Source: an uncultured Kangiellaceae bacterium | Lineage (GTDB): Bacteria > Pseudomonadota > Gammaproteobacteria > Enterobacterales > Kangiellaceae | Direction: 5' to 3' | Length of the DNA: 64,000 nucleotides | Assembly (NCBI GenBank): GCA_905479925.1 | Contig: CAJQOL010000055.1 | Span: forward strand, 9,257 to 73,256 | Part shown: positions 19,730 to 29,529 of the stretch, piece by piece | How the letters are laid out: every line of letters begins with the position of its first letter | How positions within the stretch are numbered: position 1 is the stretch's first letter | Made by a program: the position numbers and the translations under genes | The notes under the pieces: generated by a model | Databases searched by the model: none | Seen by the model: the letters and a program-made list of their open reading frames with translations, nothing else | Told to the model about the DNA's origin: nothing

Positions 19730-20633
19730 TCTTAGCGTTTATTTCTGAGGCGGTGAGCAAGTCAACTAATGCGAAGCCTATTTTGTCGCCAGCTTTTAAT
19801 TGACCTAGTAATGGTAAGTCGCTTGCTATAACATTTGCAATTCTCGGGTAGCCGCCGATGGTTTGTCCATCAACAGAAGATATTATAGGTATACCATCTG
19901 CGGGTATTTGGATAGATCCTTGTGTTAAGCCAGTCGATACAATTTCAATCGGTAGTGAACTTAGTATTGGCTCGCCTTTTAGTCTAATCCCCATTCGGTT
20001 TGAGTTTGGTGACACTTGGTAGCTATTGGACAAAAATTTGTTTTTTTGATTGCTCGTGAATTGGTCAGACTCTAAACTATCAACACAACGTAAAAGATAA
20101 TTGCCTGAATAACTGGGGCGAATTTTCTGACTCAGCTGCCGCTCTTCGACCGCTGGTCTACTCGTAAAATATAGCTTATCTCCATCTATAAATTGTCTGT
20201 TCTTATAACCTCCAAACCCGGCTGTGAGATGGGTCGAATAACTTCCGAGTTGTTGGGCTAGGTCAAATGAGCCTCGAATCGCGAGATAGGCTCTCGCACC
20301 TTGTATGAGCCTGCCAAAAGCTAACTTGTCGTTGGGGGTTAAAACGATAGGCTGACATCCGCTAATCGGTTTATTGTTTAACGTTAGCTCGAACTCCGCT
20401 CCGCAAATAGCAACTGTAACTTTTGCATGAGCAATTAAAATAGGACCTATCTGAGTAATTTCTAGGACAGGGGCGTCTGGGGAATTACCTATCAACCAAT
20501 TTGCCATATGCATAGCTCTGGGGTCCATCGCACCACTTTTTGACACACCCAAATGTTGAAGACCAGTACGCCCAAAGTCTTGTATACTAGTTTGTAATCC
20601 AGCTTTAATAAATTCAAAGTAGGGTGGATTCAT
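19707..20633 (-). CDS. pxpC: 5-oxoprolinase subunit PxpC (KipA / allophanate hydrolase subunit 2 family)
   Basis: 308 aa, cyclophilin-like CT_C_D family by sequence pattern. Operon context pxpA-pxpB-pxpC. Confidence 0.85.
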   Translation of the reverse strand: MNPPYFEFIKAGLQTSIQDFGRTGLQHLGVSKSGAMDPRAMHMANWLIGNSPDAPVLEITQIGPILIAHAKVTVAICGAEFELTLNNKPISGCQPIVLTPNDKLAFGRLIQGARAYLAIRGSFDLAQQLGSYSTHLTAGFGGYKNRQFIDGDKLYFTSRPAVEERQLSQKIRPSYSGNYLLRCVDSLESDQFTSNQKNKFLSNSYQVSPNSNRMGIRLKGEPILSSLPIEIVSTGLTQGSIQIPADGIPIISSVDGQTIGGYPRIANVIASDLPLLGQLKAGDKIGFALVDLLTASEINAKNVEAMKL

Positions 20634-20635
20634 TG

Positions 20636-21370
20636 TTATGATAGCCCTTGTTCCTGTGAAATCCTATTTGCTTGGCTTAGAGCGATAAACTCCTTACTCG
20701 CTATAGAAACAAACCTTATTTTGTCTAATGGGTTAGCAATAGCAGGGTAATCTTTTTTAGGGTTAAACATAACTACTGGAGTACGTCCTATAATTTGCCA
20801 GCCTCCGGGGCTGTTAACAGGATAAATGCCGGTTTGATTTCCGCCAATGCCAACAGAGCCTGGCTCAATTCTCATCGCCGGTGTCTTTTTTCTAGGGCAA
20901 AACAGGTCAGTAGAAAGCCCTCCCAGATAAAGAAAACCGGGAAGAAATCCAAGCATATTAACCAAGTAATCCACTTGCGTATGGCGTTTGACGATTTCTT
21001 GTACTGTTAAACCAGTATGTTCGGCAACCGTTTTCAAATCTGGGGCGTACTCTTCTTCGTAGCAAACGGGAATTTCTATTAAGCGACTATTAAAGGAGGC
21101 TATCGAGATGGGCTTATCGAGTGTTTTTTTCAATTGCTTAGTTAGGATGTCGAAGGATTCTAGGTCGGGGGAAAAGTACAAAGTAATGCTTTGATAACTA
21201 ATAACTAGATCATGAAAGCGTTCGCCAAATATATTTTTGATTTCTTGATTCAGAGAGAGCAGCTGTATTGTCAGCTCAGTGCTTACTGTAGCCTTAAAAA
21301 AAATGGTTATTGCTGAATCACCATTGGCAATGATTTGGTAAGCAGGTAATGTATATAGATGTTTACTCAT
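20636..21370 (-). CDS. pxpB: 5-oxoprolinase subunit PxpB (KipI family)
   Basis: 244 aa. Motifs LGFLPGFLYLGG and GIGGNQTGIYP are typical of KipI/PxpB. Confidence 0.85.
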   Translation of the reverse strand: MSKHLYTLPAYQIIANGDSAITIFFKATVSTELTIQLLSLNQEIKNIFGERFHDLVISYQSITLYFSPDLESFDILTKQLKKTLDKPISIASFNSRLIEIPVCYEEEYAPDLKTVAEHTGLTVQEIVKRHTQVDYLVNMLGFLPGFLYLGGLSTDLFCPRKKTPAMRIEPGSVGIGGNQTGIYPVNSPGGWQIIGRTPVVMFNPKKDYPAIANPLDKIRFVSIASKEFIALSQANRISQEQGLS

Positions 21371-21435
21371 TTCAAGTCATAAATTGTTTAATCAGTTAAA
21401 TCCAAAAGCAACTAGTTTTGCTGCGAATATTTTAT

Positions 21436-22215
21436 CTAGTAAGTCGAGCCTATCAATATGTTTTTTGTTTTCCAGTCTTGGTCGATATACTGAATAATTT
21501 CTTTCGCATTTTTGGTATCACCATGTAAACAAATACTGTCTACATGACACACTATTTGACGTCCAGTAGCTGTTGTTACAGGTTCAGCCTTTGCAAGTGC
21601 CGTGGCCTGTTCTAGAATTTTTTTCTTTTCATTGAGTACAGCACCGGGCTCGGTTCTGGATGCCAAAAAGCCATTATCTTTATAACGTCTATCCATAAAT
21701 CCTTCTCGAATAAACGGGTGATCGAAATAAAGGCATGACTTGATAATCTCACCACCTGTTAACGCTAACAAACGCATGCCAGGAAACCGCTCACTCACCA
21801 GCTTAACGATAGCCTGGGCTAGTTTGTGATTTTGTTCTGCGTAGTTATAGAGGGCACCATGAAGCTTAATGTGTGAAAGTGTAGAGTCTAATTTTTGCGC
21901 GATTTCTTCTAAGTGTGATATTTGTTCGCATATGGAATCAAGCAGTCGTTGATTTGATAGGTTCATGATTTTTCGACCAAAATTTTCGCGGTCTGGATAG
22001 CCTGGATGAGCGCCAATTTTTAAATCGCTAAGTTTTGCATTGGCAATAGATATTTGCATTGTCTCACTGTTTCCAGCATGCCCGCCACAGGCAATATTGC
22101 AGCGAGAAATATATGCCATTAGTTGCTGGTCTTTGTCACAATCAAGGCGACTGTTGCCTTCTCCGAGGTCGCAATTGATATCAACACTTATTCTTTTGTT
22201 ATGGTCGGCTAACAT
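21436..22215 (-). CDS. pxpA: 5-oxoprolinase subunit PxpA (LamB/YcsF family)
   Basis: DINCDLGEG near the N-terminus, plus ACGGHAG and HGALYN motifs. Start taken at the ATG at 22215, 13 nt after the NRAMP stop; the track TTG start is 22242. Confidence 0.85.
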   Translation of the reverse strand: MLADHNKRISVDINCDLGEGNSRLDCDKDQQLMAYISRCNIACGGHAGNSETMQISIANAKLSDLKIGAHPGYPDRENFGRKIMNLSNQRLLDSICEQISHLEEIAQKLDSTLSHIKLHGALYNYAEQNHKLAQAIVKLVSERFPGMRLLALTGGEIIKSCLYFDHPFIREGFMDRRYKDNGFLASRTEPGAVLNEKKKILEQATALAKAEPVTTATGRQIVCHVDSICLHGDTKNAKEIIQYIDQDWKTKNILIGSTY

Positions 22216-22228
22216 GACATAAGTTCCG

Positions 22229-23461
22229 CTAGAGTAAACCAAACGCGGACATCAGACTTCTTCCGCTTAGCATTAATGTGACTAGTAACACGGATATACC
22301 TAATACATTCTGGATTTTGTTATTGCGTTGCTTGCCCAGCCTTGGTTGGTTCATTATCCAGATAAGAAATACGGTGACAATGGGCAGCAAAATACCATTG
22401 GCTACTTGCGCAAACCAAATAATTGAAACTGGTCGCAAGCCGGAACTTGCGGCAAAAACGCCGAGTACCAGAATGACTATCCAAATCATTTTAAACTGGC
22501 TGCTAGATAGAGCACTTTTCTGGTTCTCCAAAGGGGTCTTGAAGAGTCCACTAAGCGCAAACGCTGCTGCTAAAGGAGCGGTAATTGCCGACGAAATCCC
22601 AGCGGAAAATAACCCTAATGCCATCATTATCTCAGACCAAGAACCAAAAATAGGGCGTAGAGCTGGTGCAAGATCGGCCGTAGACTGTATTTGAGTTTGT
22701 TGGCCAAAAAAAGCCGTGGCTGCTGTCGATAGGATTGCCATAGAAATAAGACCGCCTAATGATATGGATAAATACAGGTCCTTACGAACTAACGGCAGGT
22801 CAGATGGCTTTCTCCATTTTTCAGCGACGCTAGACGAGTGGAGAAACAGGTTGTAGGGGACTACGGTGGTGCCTATTAAAGCAATAATCGTTAACGTTGA
22901 ACCGCTCGGGATACTTGGAGTAAACATGCCCTTAATTATTGAAGAATAATCAGGGTTAGAGAGAATTAATGTCGCTAAAAATGAAAAGCTCATTATTGCA
23001 ACCAGCGCGATAAGAACTTTTTCAATGACTTTGTATTTGCCTGTCCATAACAAAAGAAAAGCGACAAAGCCTATTACTATTGGCCAAATACTTGCTGAAG
23101 TTTCGGAATCGAGCAGTTTATTCATAATGCCTGAGAGGCCTAACGCTGCACCAGATAAGTTACCGCCTTGATATGCCGCGTTACCAATAACGATTGCTGA
23201 TACCACTAACAAAATTGCTAAGCGTTTTACCAGCGGTTGAGTTAACGATTGGCTAATGTTTTCGCCGAGCCCTTGTTGAGTCACTAAGCCTAGTCGAGCA
23301 GCCATTTCTTGAAGGATCATGGTGGCTATCACTGAGAACAAAAGTGCCCACAGCAAGCTAAAGCCAAAGTTGGCGCCAGCGATACTAGCGGTAATTACTG
23401 TACCAGGGCCAATAAATGCAGCGGTAACTAAAAATGCGGGGCCAATTTTAGGAAGTTTCAT
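22229..23461 (-). CDS. NRAMP-family divalent-metal/H+ symporter-like membrane protein (YcsG-like)
   Basis: 410 aa polytopic protein. First gene of the pxp block, as in the B. subtilis ycsF-ycsG-kipI-kipA arrangement. Confidence 0.75.
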   Translation of the reverse strand: MKLPKIGPAFLVTAAFIGPGTVITASIAGANFGFSLLWALLFSVIATMILQEMAARLGLVTQQGLGENISQSLTQPLVKRLAILLVVSAIVIGNAAYQGGNLSGAALGLSGIMNKLLDSETSASIWPIVIGFVAFLLLWTGKYKVIEKVLIALVAIMSFSFLATLILSNPDYSSIIKGMFTPSIPSGSTLTIIALIGTTVVPYNLFLHSSSVAEKWRKPSDLPLVRKDLYLSISLGGLISMAILSTAATAFFGQQTQIQSTADLAPALRPIFGSWSEIMMALGLFSAGISSAITAPLAAAFALSGLFKTPLENQKSALSSSQFKMIWIVILVLGVFAASSGLRPVSIIWFAQVANGILLPIVTVFLIWIMNQPRLGKQRNNKIQNVLGISVLLVTLMLSGRSLMSAFGLL

Positions 23462-23791
23462 CTGTGGTAACTCATAGATTGATCAAAATTTATTTGCCGT
23501 TTTAAGCTATCATACATTAACAAGCCGTACCCGTGACAGTGAAACTAAATGTCTTTAAAAATCAATCTGTTATAAACAAAAACTGGCAATTCCTTGTAAA
23601 TGAGATACTATTTCTTTATGATCGCTCGGATTATCAGCTAGATCTCGCTTAAAATCGTGTAATTTAGGCGCAAAAACGCTGGTTTTTCAATCCAAATTTT
23701 ATCTCAAACGCCAAAGCGTCAAAATGTATGTTTGAGACCGTATTTAAGAATTAATGTGTAAATATTGCTGGTCGATGGGGAGACTATCCGA

Positions 23792-24373
23792 ATGAGTAAT
23801 GAGGGTGTAGATTTAGAGAAACGCCGTTTCTTGACTTTGGCGACAGCCGGAGTAGGAGCCGTAGGCGCTGCCTATGTGGCTGTTCCGTTCCTTGGTTCTT
23901 GGAATCCAAGTGAAAAGGCTAAAGCTGGCGGAGCACCGGTTGAGTTTAATTTAGACAAAGTTGAAGTCGGCCAAATGGTTAAAGTGAAATGGCGCGGAAA
24001 GCCTGTATTCGTTGTGCGTAGAGACGAAAAGTCGGTTAACGCGCTTGCAGGCAAAGGCGAAGAACTTAAGGACGCTGATTCAGCCGTTGAAACTCAACAA
24101 CCTACTTATGTTGATAAAGCAACGCGCTCAATACGTCCAGATATAGCGGTAATTGTTGGTATCTGCACACATCTTGGATGTGTGCCTCAACACAAGAAAG
24201 AAACCGAAGTGAGTTGGGGCGGAGGATTCTTTTGTCCTTGTCACGGTTCAAAATTTGACTTAGCTGGCCGAGTATTTAACGGGTCTCCAGCATCGACTAA
24301 TTTGGTGGTTCCACCTTATTCGTATCTTGCTGATAACAAAATCTTAATCGGCGTAGATGAGGGAGAAGCATAA
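23792..24373 (+). CDS. petA: Ubiquinol-cytochrome c reductase Rieske iron-sulfur subunit
   Basis: Tat-type signal EKRRFLTLATAG. Rieske boxes CTHLGCVP and CPCHGS. Start at the internal ATG at 23792. Confidence 0.95.
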   Translation: MSNEGVDLEKRRFLTLATAGVGAVGAAYVAVPFLGSWNPSEKAKAGGAPVEFNLDKVEVGQMVKVKWRGKPVFVVRRDEKSVNALAGKGEELKDADSAVETQQPTYVDKATRSIRPDIAVIVGICTHLGCVPQHKKETEVSWGGGFFCPCHGSKFDLAGRVFNGSPASTNLVVPPYSYLADNKILIGVDEGEA

Positions 24374-25593
24374 TGGGCATAATGACTCAATTCATGCAGT
24401 GGATCGATGACCGCTTCCCTGCTACTAAAGTATGGAATGAGCATTTAGCTCAATACTACGCGCCTAAGAACTTTAACTTTTGGTACTTCTTTGGTTCTTT
24501 AGCGTTACTGGTACTGGTTAATCAAATATTAACCGGTATCTGGCTAACAATGAACTATACACCAACCGGTGAAGGTGCTTATGCATCTGTAGAATATATC
24601 ATGCGAGACGTTGAATGGGGTTGGTTGCTGCGCTACATGCATGGCGTTGGTGCTTCTGCATTTTTTGTCGTTGTTTATCTGCATATGTTTAGAGCCTTGT
24701 TATATGGTTCTTTCAGAAAGCCTAGAGAGCTTGTGTGGATTTTCGGGATGATTATTTTCGTTCTGTTAATGGCTGAAGGTTTTATGGGATACCTATTACC
24801 TTGGGGTAATATGTCATACTGGGGTGCTCAGGTAATTATAAACTTGTTTAGTGCTGTACCTGTAGTTGGTGAAGACCTAGCTGTTTGGATTCGTGGAGAC
24901 TTCATTATTTCTGGAGCAACACTAAATCGATTCTTTGCGCTTCATGTGGTCGCATTACCCATGGCTATATTGTTAATGGTTTTCCTTCATATTGTTGCGC
25001 TTCATAAAGTTGGTTCAAATAATCCAGATGGAATTGATATTAAGAAGCTGAAAGACGAAAACGGTATTCCGCTAGACGGCATTCCATTTCATCCGTATTA
25101 CACCGTTAAAGATATTGTTGGTGTTGGTGTTTTCCTCTTGATTTTCTGTGGCATTATTTTCTTTAGTCCAGAAATGGGCGGTTACTTCTTCGAGCCACCT
25201 AACTTTACACCGGCAGATCCTCTGAAGACTCCGGAGCATATTGCGCCAGTTTGGTACTTTACGCCTTATTATTCAATATTGAAGGCTGTTCCAAATCAAG
25301 GACTTGGTGTCATTGCGATGGCGGCGTCATTGGTCGTTCTGTTTTTCCTACCGTGGTTAGATCGAAGCCCTGTTTTGTCAATTCGTTACAAAAGCCCTAT
25401 TTTTAAAGTTGCTTTAGCACTATTTGTTGTTTGCTTCTTCATCTTAGGTTATTTGGGTATGTTAGCACCGAATGACATGAGAACTTTAGTGGCTCAAATC
25501 TGTACAATTTATTACTTTGCATTTTTCTTATTGATGCCATGGTGGAGTCAATGGGGTACAACTAAGCCAGTTCCAGAGAGGGTGACACACTAA
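24373..25593 (+). CDS. petB: Cytochrome b of the bc1 complex
   Basis: 406 aa, collinear with Pseudomonas cytochrome b: FPATKVW, NFNFWYFFGSLALLVLVNQI, PEHIAPVWYFTPYY. The ATG overlaps the petA stop. Confidence 0.97.
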   Translation: MGIMTQFMQWIDDRFPATKVWNEHLAQYYAPKNFNFWYFFGSLALLVLVNQILTGIWLTMNYTPTGEGAYASVEYIMRDVEWGWLLRYMHGVGASAFFVVVYLHMFRALLYGSFRKPRELVWIFGMIIFVLLMAEGFMGYLLPWGNMSYWGAQVIINLFSAVPVVGEDLAVWIRGDFIISGATLNRFFALHVVALPMAILLMVFLHIVALHKVGSNNPDGIDIKKLKDENGIPLDGIPFHPYYTVKDIVGVGVFLLIFCGIIFFSPEMGGYFFEPPNFTPADPLKTPEHIAPVWYFTPYYSILKAVPNQGLGVIAMAASLVVLFFLPWLDRSPVLSIRYKSPIFKVALALFVVCFFILGYLGMLAPNDMRTLVAQICTIYYFAFFLLMPWWSQWGTTKPVPERVTH

Positions 25594-26480
25594 TGAAATC
25601 GTTACTTAAATTATCTTTGATCTCAATGCTGGCATTTAGCACAACCGTTTTGGCGGCAGGTGGTGGAGCGTATTTGCCAAATGATAAACTACCCACTTAT
25701 TCAGGTCATAAGTTAACAACGTCGATGCAAAATGGCATGCAGGTATACATGAATAACTGTATGGGTTGTCATGCACTTGGGTTTCAACGTTATAACCGCG
25801 CGGCGAAAGACCTAGAAATCCCAGAGAATCTCATGGTAGAAAATTTGATGTTTACCGGAGAAAAAATTGGCGATTTAATGGTAAACAACATGCCGGCAGC
25901 TTCTGCAGAAAAATGGTTCGGAACTGCTCCACCTGACTTATCTTTAATCGCTCGTGCTAGAAAGCCTCAGTGGTTATATAATTACCTACGCGCCTTTTAT
26001 CAAGATCAATCGCGTCCTTATGGAGTGAATAACTCTGTATTTAAAGATGTAGGTATGCCGCACGCTCTTGAAAGTATGCAAGGTATTCAAGATAAGACTG
26101 AGAAGGTAAAGGGTTTAGAAAATGACATTGACTACGCGAACGGCGATATAGTCACTGCTCGTGACAAGTTATCTAATGGCGGTAACGCGTCTGAGCTAAA
26201 CAAAATGATTGCTGACGCAGAAACACTTATTCACGATAAGCAGGAAGAAATAAATGCGTTGGCTGCTGAAGGAAAGTACTTTACTTTGGTTAAAGAAGGC
26301 TCAATGACTCCACAGGAGTTTGACTCAGCGATGATTGACTTGGTTAATTTCCTTGAATATGTCGGTGAGCCAATTAAGCGAGAAAGAAAGAGCTTAGGTA
26401 TCTATGTAATGATGTTTATTCTTTTCTTTATCTTTGTTGCTTATTTATTGAAGAAAGAATACTGGAAAGATATACATTAA
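25593..26480 (+). CDS. petC: Cytochrome c1
   Basis: Signal peptide, heme motif CMGCHAL, C-terminal anchor and YLLKKEYWKDIH tail. 295 aa, with the variable region about 30 aa longer than in the Pseudomonas protein as I recall it. Confidence 0.9.
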   Translation: MKSLLKLSLISMLAFSTTVLAAGGGAYLPNDKLPTYSGHKLTTSMQNGMQVYMNNCMGCHALGFQRYNRAAKDLEIPENLMVENLMFTGEKIGDLMVNNMPAASAEKWFGTAPPDLSLIARARKPQWLYNYLRAFYQDQSRPYGVNNSVFKDVGMPHALESMQGIQDKTEKVKGLENDIDYANGDIVTARDKLSNGGNASELNKMIADAETLIHDKQEEINALAAEGKYFTLVKEGSMTPQEFDSAMIDLVNFLEYVGEPIKRERKSLGIYVMMFILFFIFVAYLLKKEYWKDIH

Positions 26481-26518
26481 AAAGTGCGGAATTAAGCTTT
26501 TTAGAGCGACGGTTTAAT

Positions 26519-26552
26519 GGCGGCCCAATACTGAGCCGCCTTTGTCGTTTTT
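26519..26552 (+). terminator. Rho-independent terminator of petABC
   Basis: GGCGGC-ccaatactga-GCCGCC followed by TTTGTCGTTTTT. Confidence 0.75.
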
Positions 26553-26616
26553 AGAAAATGCGAAAAATAGTCGCTTTAAACAAGTGAAATTGATTTAATT
26601 TTAGGGAGAAGCCTAT

Positions 26617-27246
26617 ATGGCAACCGTAGCCAAACGTTCGATAATGACTTTATACACAGGGTCTGATGACGTCTATAGCCATCAAGTAAGAATTGTTCTT
26701 GCTGAGAAAGGCGTCAATTTTGAAGCTATCGAAGTATTAGACTCTCGTCAGCCTCCAGAAGATCTGATAGACCTTAATCCATATAATACCGTACCAACAC
26801 TAGTTGACAGAGAGTTAGTACTGTTTGAAGCGCCTATTATTATGGAATATTTAGACGAAAGATTTCCGCACCCACCACTTATGCCAGTTTACCCAGTTGC
26901 CCGTGCGCGTTCTCGTTTGATGGTACGTCGTGTGGAGAAAGATTGGTATAGTTTGATGAATACCATTTTGAATGGCAAAGATAAAGAAGCTGAGCAAGCT
27001 CGCAAAGAATTGACTGAAAGTTTGTTGACTCTTGCTCCAGTATTCTCGGAAACACCTTATTTCTTAAATGAAGAATTTTCATTGATCGACTGTTGCTTAG
27101 CACCACTATTGTGGAGACTTCCTGCTATGGGAATCGAGCTAACAGGACGGGGCGCTAAAGAAGTGACTTCATATATGGAGCTGTTGTTTGAGAGAGAATC
27201 TTTTCAGGCTAGCTTGAGCGATATTGAGCGCGAGATGCGTCCTTAA
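26617..27246 (+). CDS. sspA: Stringent starvation protein A
   Basis: 209 aa GST-like protein: MTLYTGSDDVYSHQVRIVLAEKGV, PYNTVPTLVDRELVLFE. Pairing with sspB. Confidence 0.95.
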   Translation: MATVAKRSIMTLYTGSDDVYSHQVRIVLAEKGVNFEAIEVLDSRQPPEDLIDLNPYNTVPTLVDRELVLFEAPIIMEYLDERFPHPPLMPVYPVARARSRLMVRRVEKDWYSLMNTILNGKDKEAEQARKELTESLLTLAPVFSETPYFLNEEFSLIDCCLAPLLWRLPAMGIELTGRGAKEVTSYMELLFERESFQASLSDIEREMRP

Positions 27247-27291
27247 GAAAATGACTCAGACACTATTTATTTAGTGAAAGTCTATAAATCC

Positions 27292-27331
27292 AAAAGCTCT
27301 TGGTTGTTTACTACTAAGAGCTTTTTGTTTT
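27292..27331 (+). terminator. Intrinsic terminator-like hairpin between sspA and sspB
   Basis: AAAAGCTCTT-14 nt-AAGAGCTTTT is a perfect 10-bp stem, followed by TGTTTTT. Confidence 0.6.
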
Positions 27332-27358
27332 TAAACCTCAGAAAAGTGAGAGAACATT

Positions 27359-27874
27359 TTGACTGGTTTTAGTCCTATTGGTGAAACATTTACTTCAAAC
27401 AAGCCTTATTTGTTTAAAGCTCTTTATGAGTGGATTCTAGATAATTCCGGAACACCTTATCTACTTGTGGACGCTACTCAAGTCAATGTTCAAGTGCCGC
27501 TAGAGCACGTTAATAATGGTCAAATTGTACTTGATGCATCGCCTAATGCCATTGATCAATGGTATTGTGATAATGAGGTTATTTCATTTAGTGCGCGCTT
27601 TTCCGGTAGAGCCCAGAATATTTACATTCCTATGACTTCTTTACTGGCTGTTTATGCACAGGAAAATGGTCAGGGAATGGCCTTTCCTGAAGAAAAAGAA
27701 ATTGAAGTGCAGGATGAATCCGAGGAACACAAACCTTTGGTTGATGACGACGCTAGTGGGGATGAGGTTCAATCATTGAAAAATGATAGCGAGCAAAACT
27801 TGGATAACGCCACAAGCGATTCTAAGAAAACTAAAACAAAGAAGACAGTGTCCCATTTAAAAGTTATTAAATAA
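27359..27874 (+). CDS. sspB: ClpXP adaptor / stringent starvation protein B
   Basis: TTG start. KPYLFKALYEWILDNSGTPYLLVDA parallels E. coli RPYLLRAFYEWLLDNQLTPHLVVDV. Acidic linker, and a C-terminal LKVIK resembling the ClpX-binding tail. Confidence 0.9.
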   Translation: MTGFSPIGETFTSNKPYLFKALYEWILDNSGTPYLLVDATQVNVQVPLEHVNNGQIVLDASPNAIDQWYCDNEVISFSARFSGRAQNIYIPMTSLLAVYAQENGQGMAFPEEKEIEVQDESEEHKPLVDDDASGDEVQSLKNDSEQNLDNATSDSKKTKTKKTVSHLKVIK

Positions 27875-27902
27875 CTTAGTTGGCAACTACTAGATAGTTT
27901 AA

Positions 27903-29101
<1,199 letters not shown>

Positions 29102-29105
29102 CTAT

Positions 29106-29459
29106 TTAAGTAAATGCCGCTTTTATCCAATTATAGTCAAGCCTATCTAAACTACCACTAATCGCAACAACGTCAAATCGGCAACTAACCCTATTTGCAA
29201 GCTTATTGGTTTGTAAATACGACCCTGCAGCTTTCACTATTCTCGATTGTTTGCTTCGGTTTACGCTTGCCGCAGCGCCGCCAAATGCTTCTGATTTTCT
29301 ATACCTAACTTCGACAAAAACATAGTCACTATTATCTTTTGCAATAATATCAATTTCGCCAAGTTTACAAAGGTAATTTGTCTCTAATATTTGTAAACCA
29401 TTCTCTCCAAGAAACTTCTCAGCATAGCGCTCAAGTTGGTCGCCAACTTGCTTTTTCAT
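29106..29459 (-). CDS. yraN: UPF0102 endonuclease-like protein YraN
   Basis: GEIDIIAKD...VFVEVRYR...GGAAASV...RFDVVAI matches the YraN pattern. Start taken at the ATG at 29459 with AAGGA RBS; the track TTG start is 29486. Confidence 0.8.
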   Translation of the reverse strand: MKKQVGDQLERYAEKFLGENGLQILETNYLCKLGEIDIIAKDNSDYVFVEVRYRKSEAFGGAAASVNRSKQSRIVKAAGSYLQTNKLANRVSCRFDVVAISGSLDRLDYNWIKAAFT

Positions 29460-29529
29460 AGTTCCTTGATTAGAAAATAATTGCAAATTTATGCTCGCTT
29501 TTTTACCTACGATTTTGGTTCAAGATAGT

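Noticed and set aside
23479-23492. FNR/Anr-like TTGATcaaaATTTA upstream of the NRAMP-pxp operon.
   Set aside because: Only one half-site matches TTGAT-N4-ATCAA. This is easily produced by chance in AT-rich DNA.
25593-26480. Cytochrome c1 is about 30-35 aa longer than the Pseudomonas protein because of a helical, charged insertion (roughly QDKTEKVKGLEND...EEINALAAEGK).
   Set aside because: The insertion falls in the region that is already variable between species. The heme motif, the anchor and the conserved C-terminal tail are intact. Not enough to call it unusual without an alignment.
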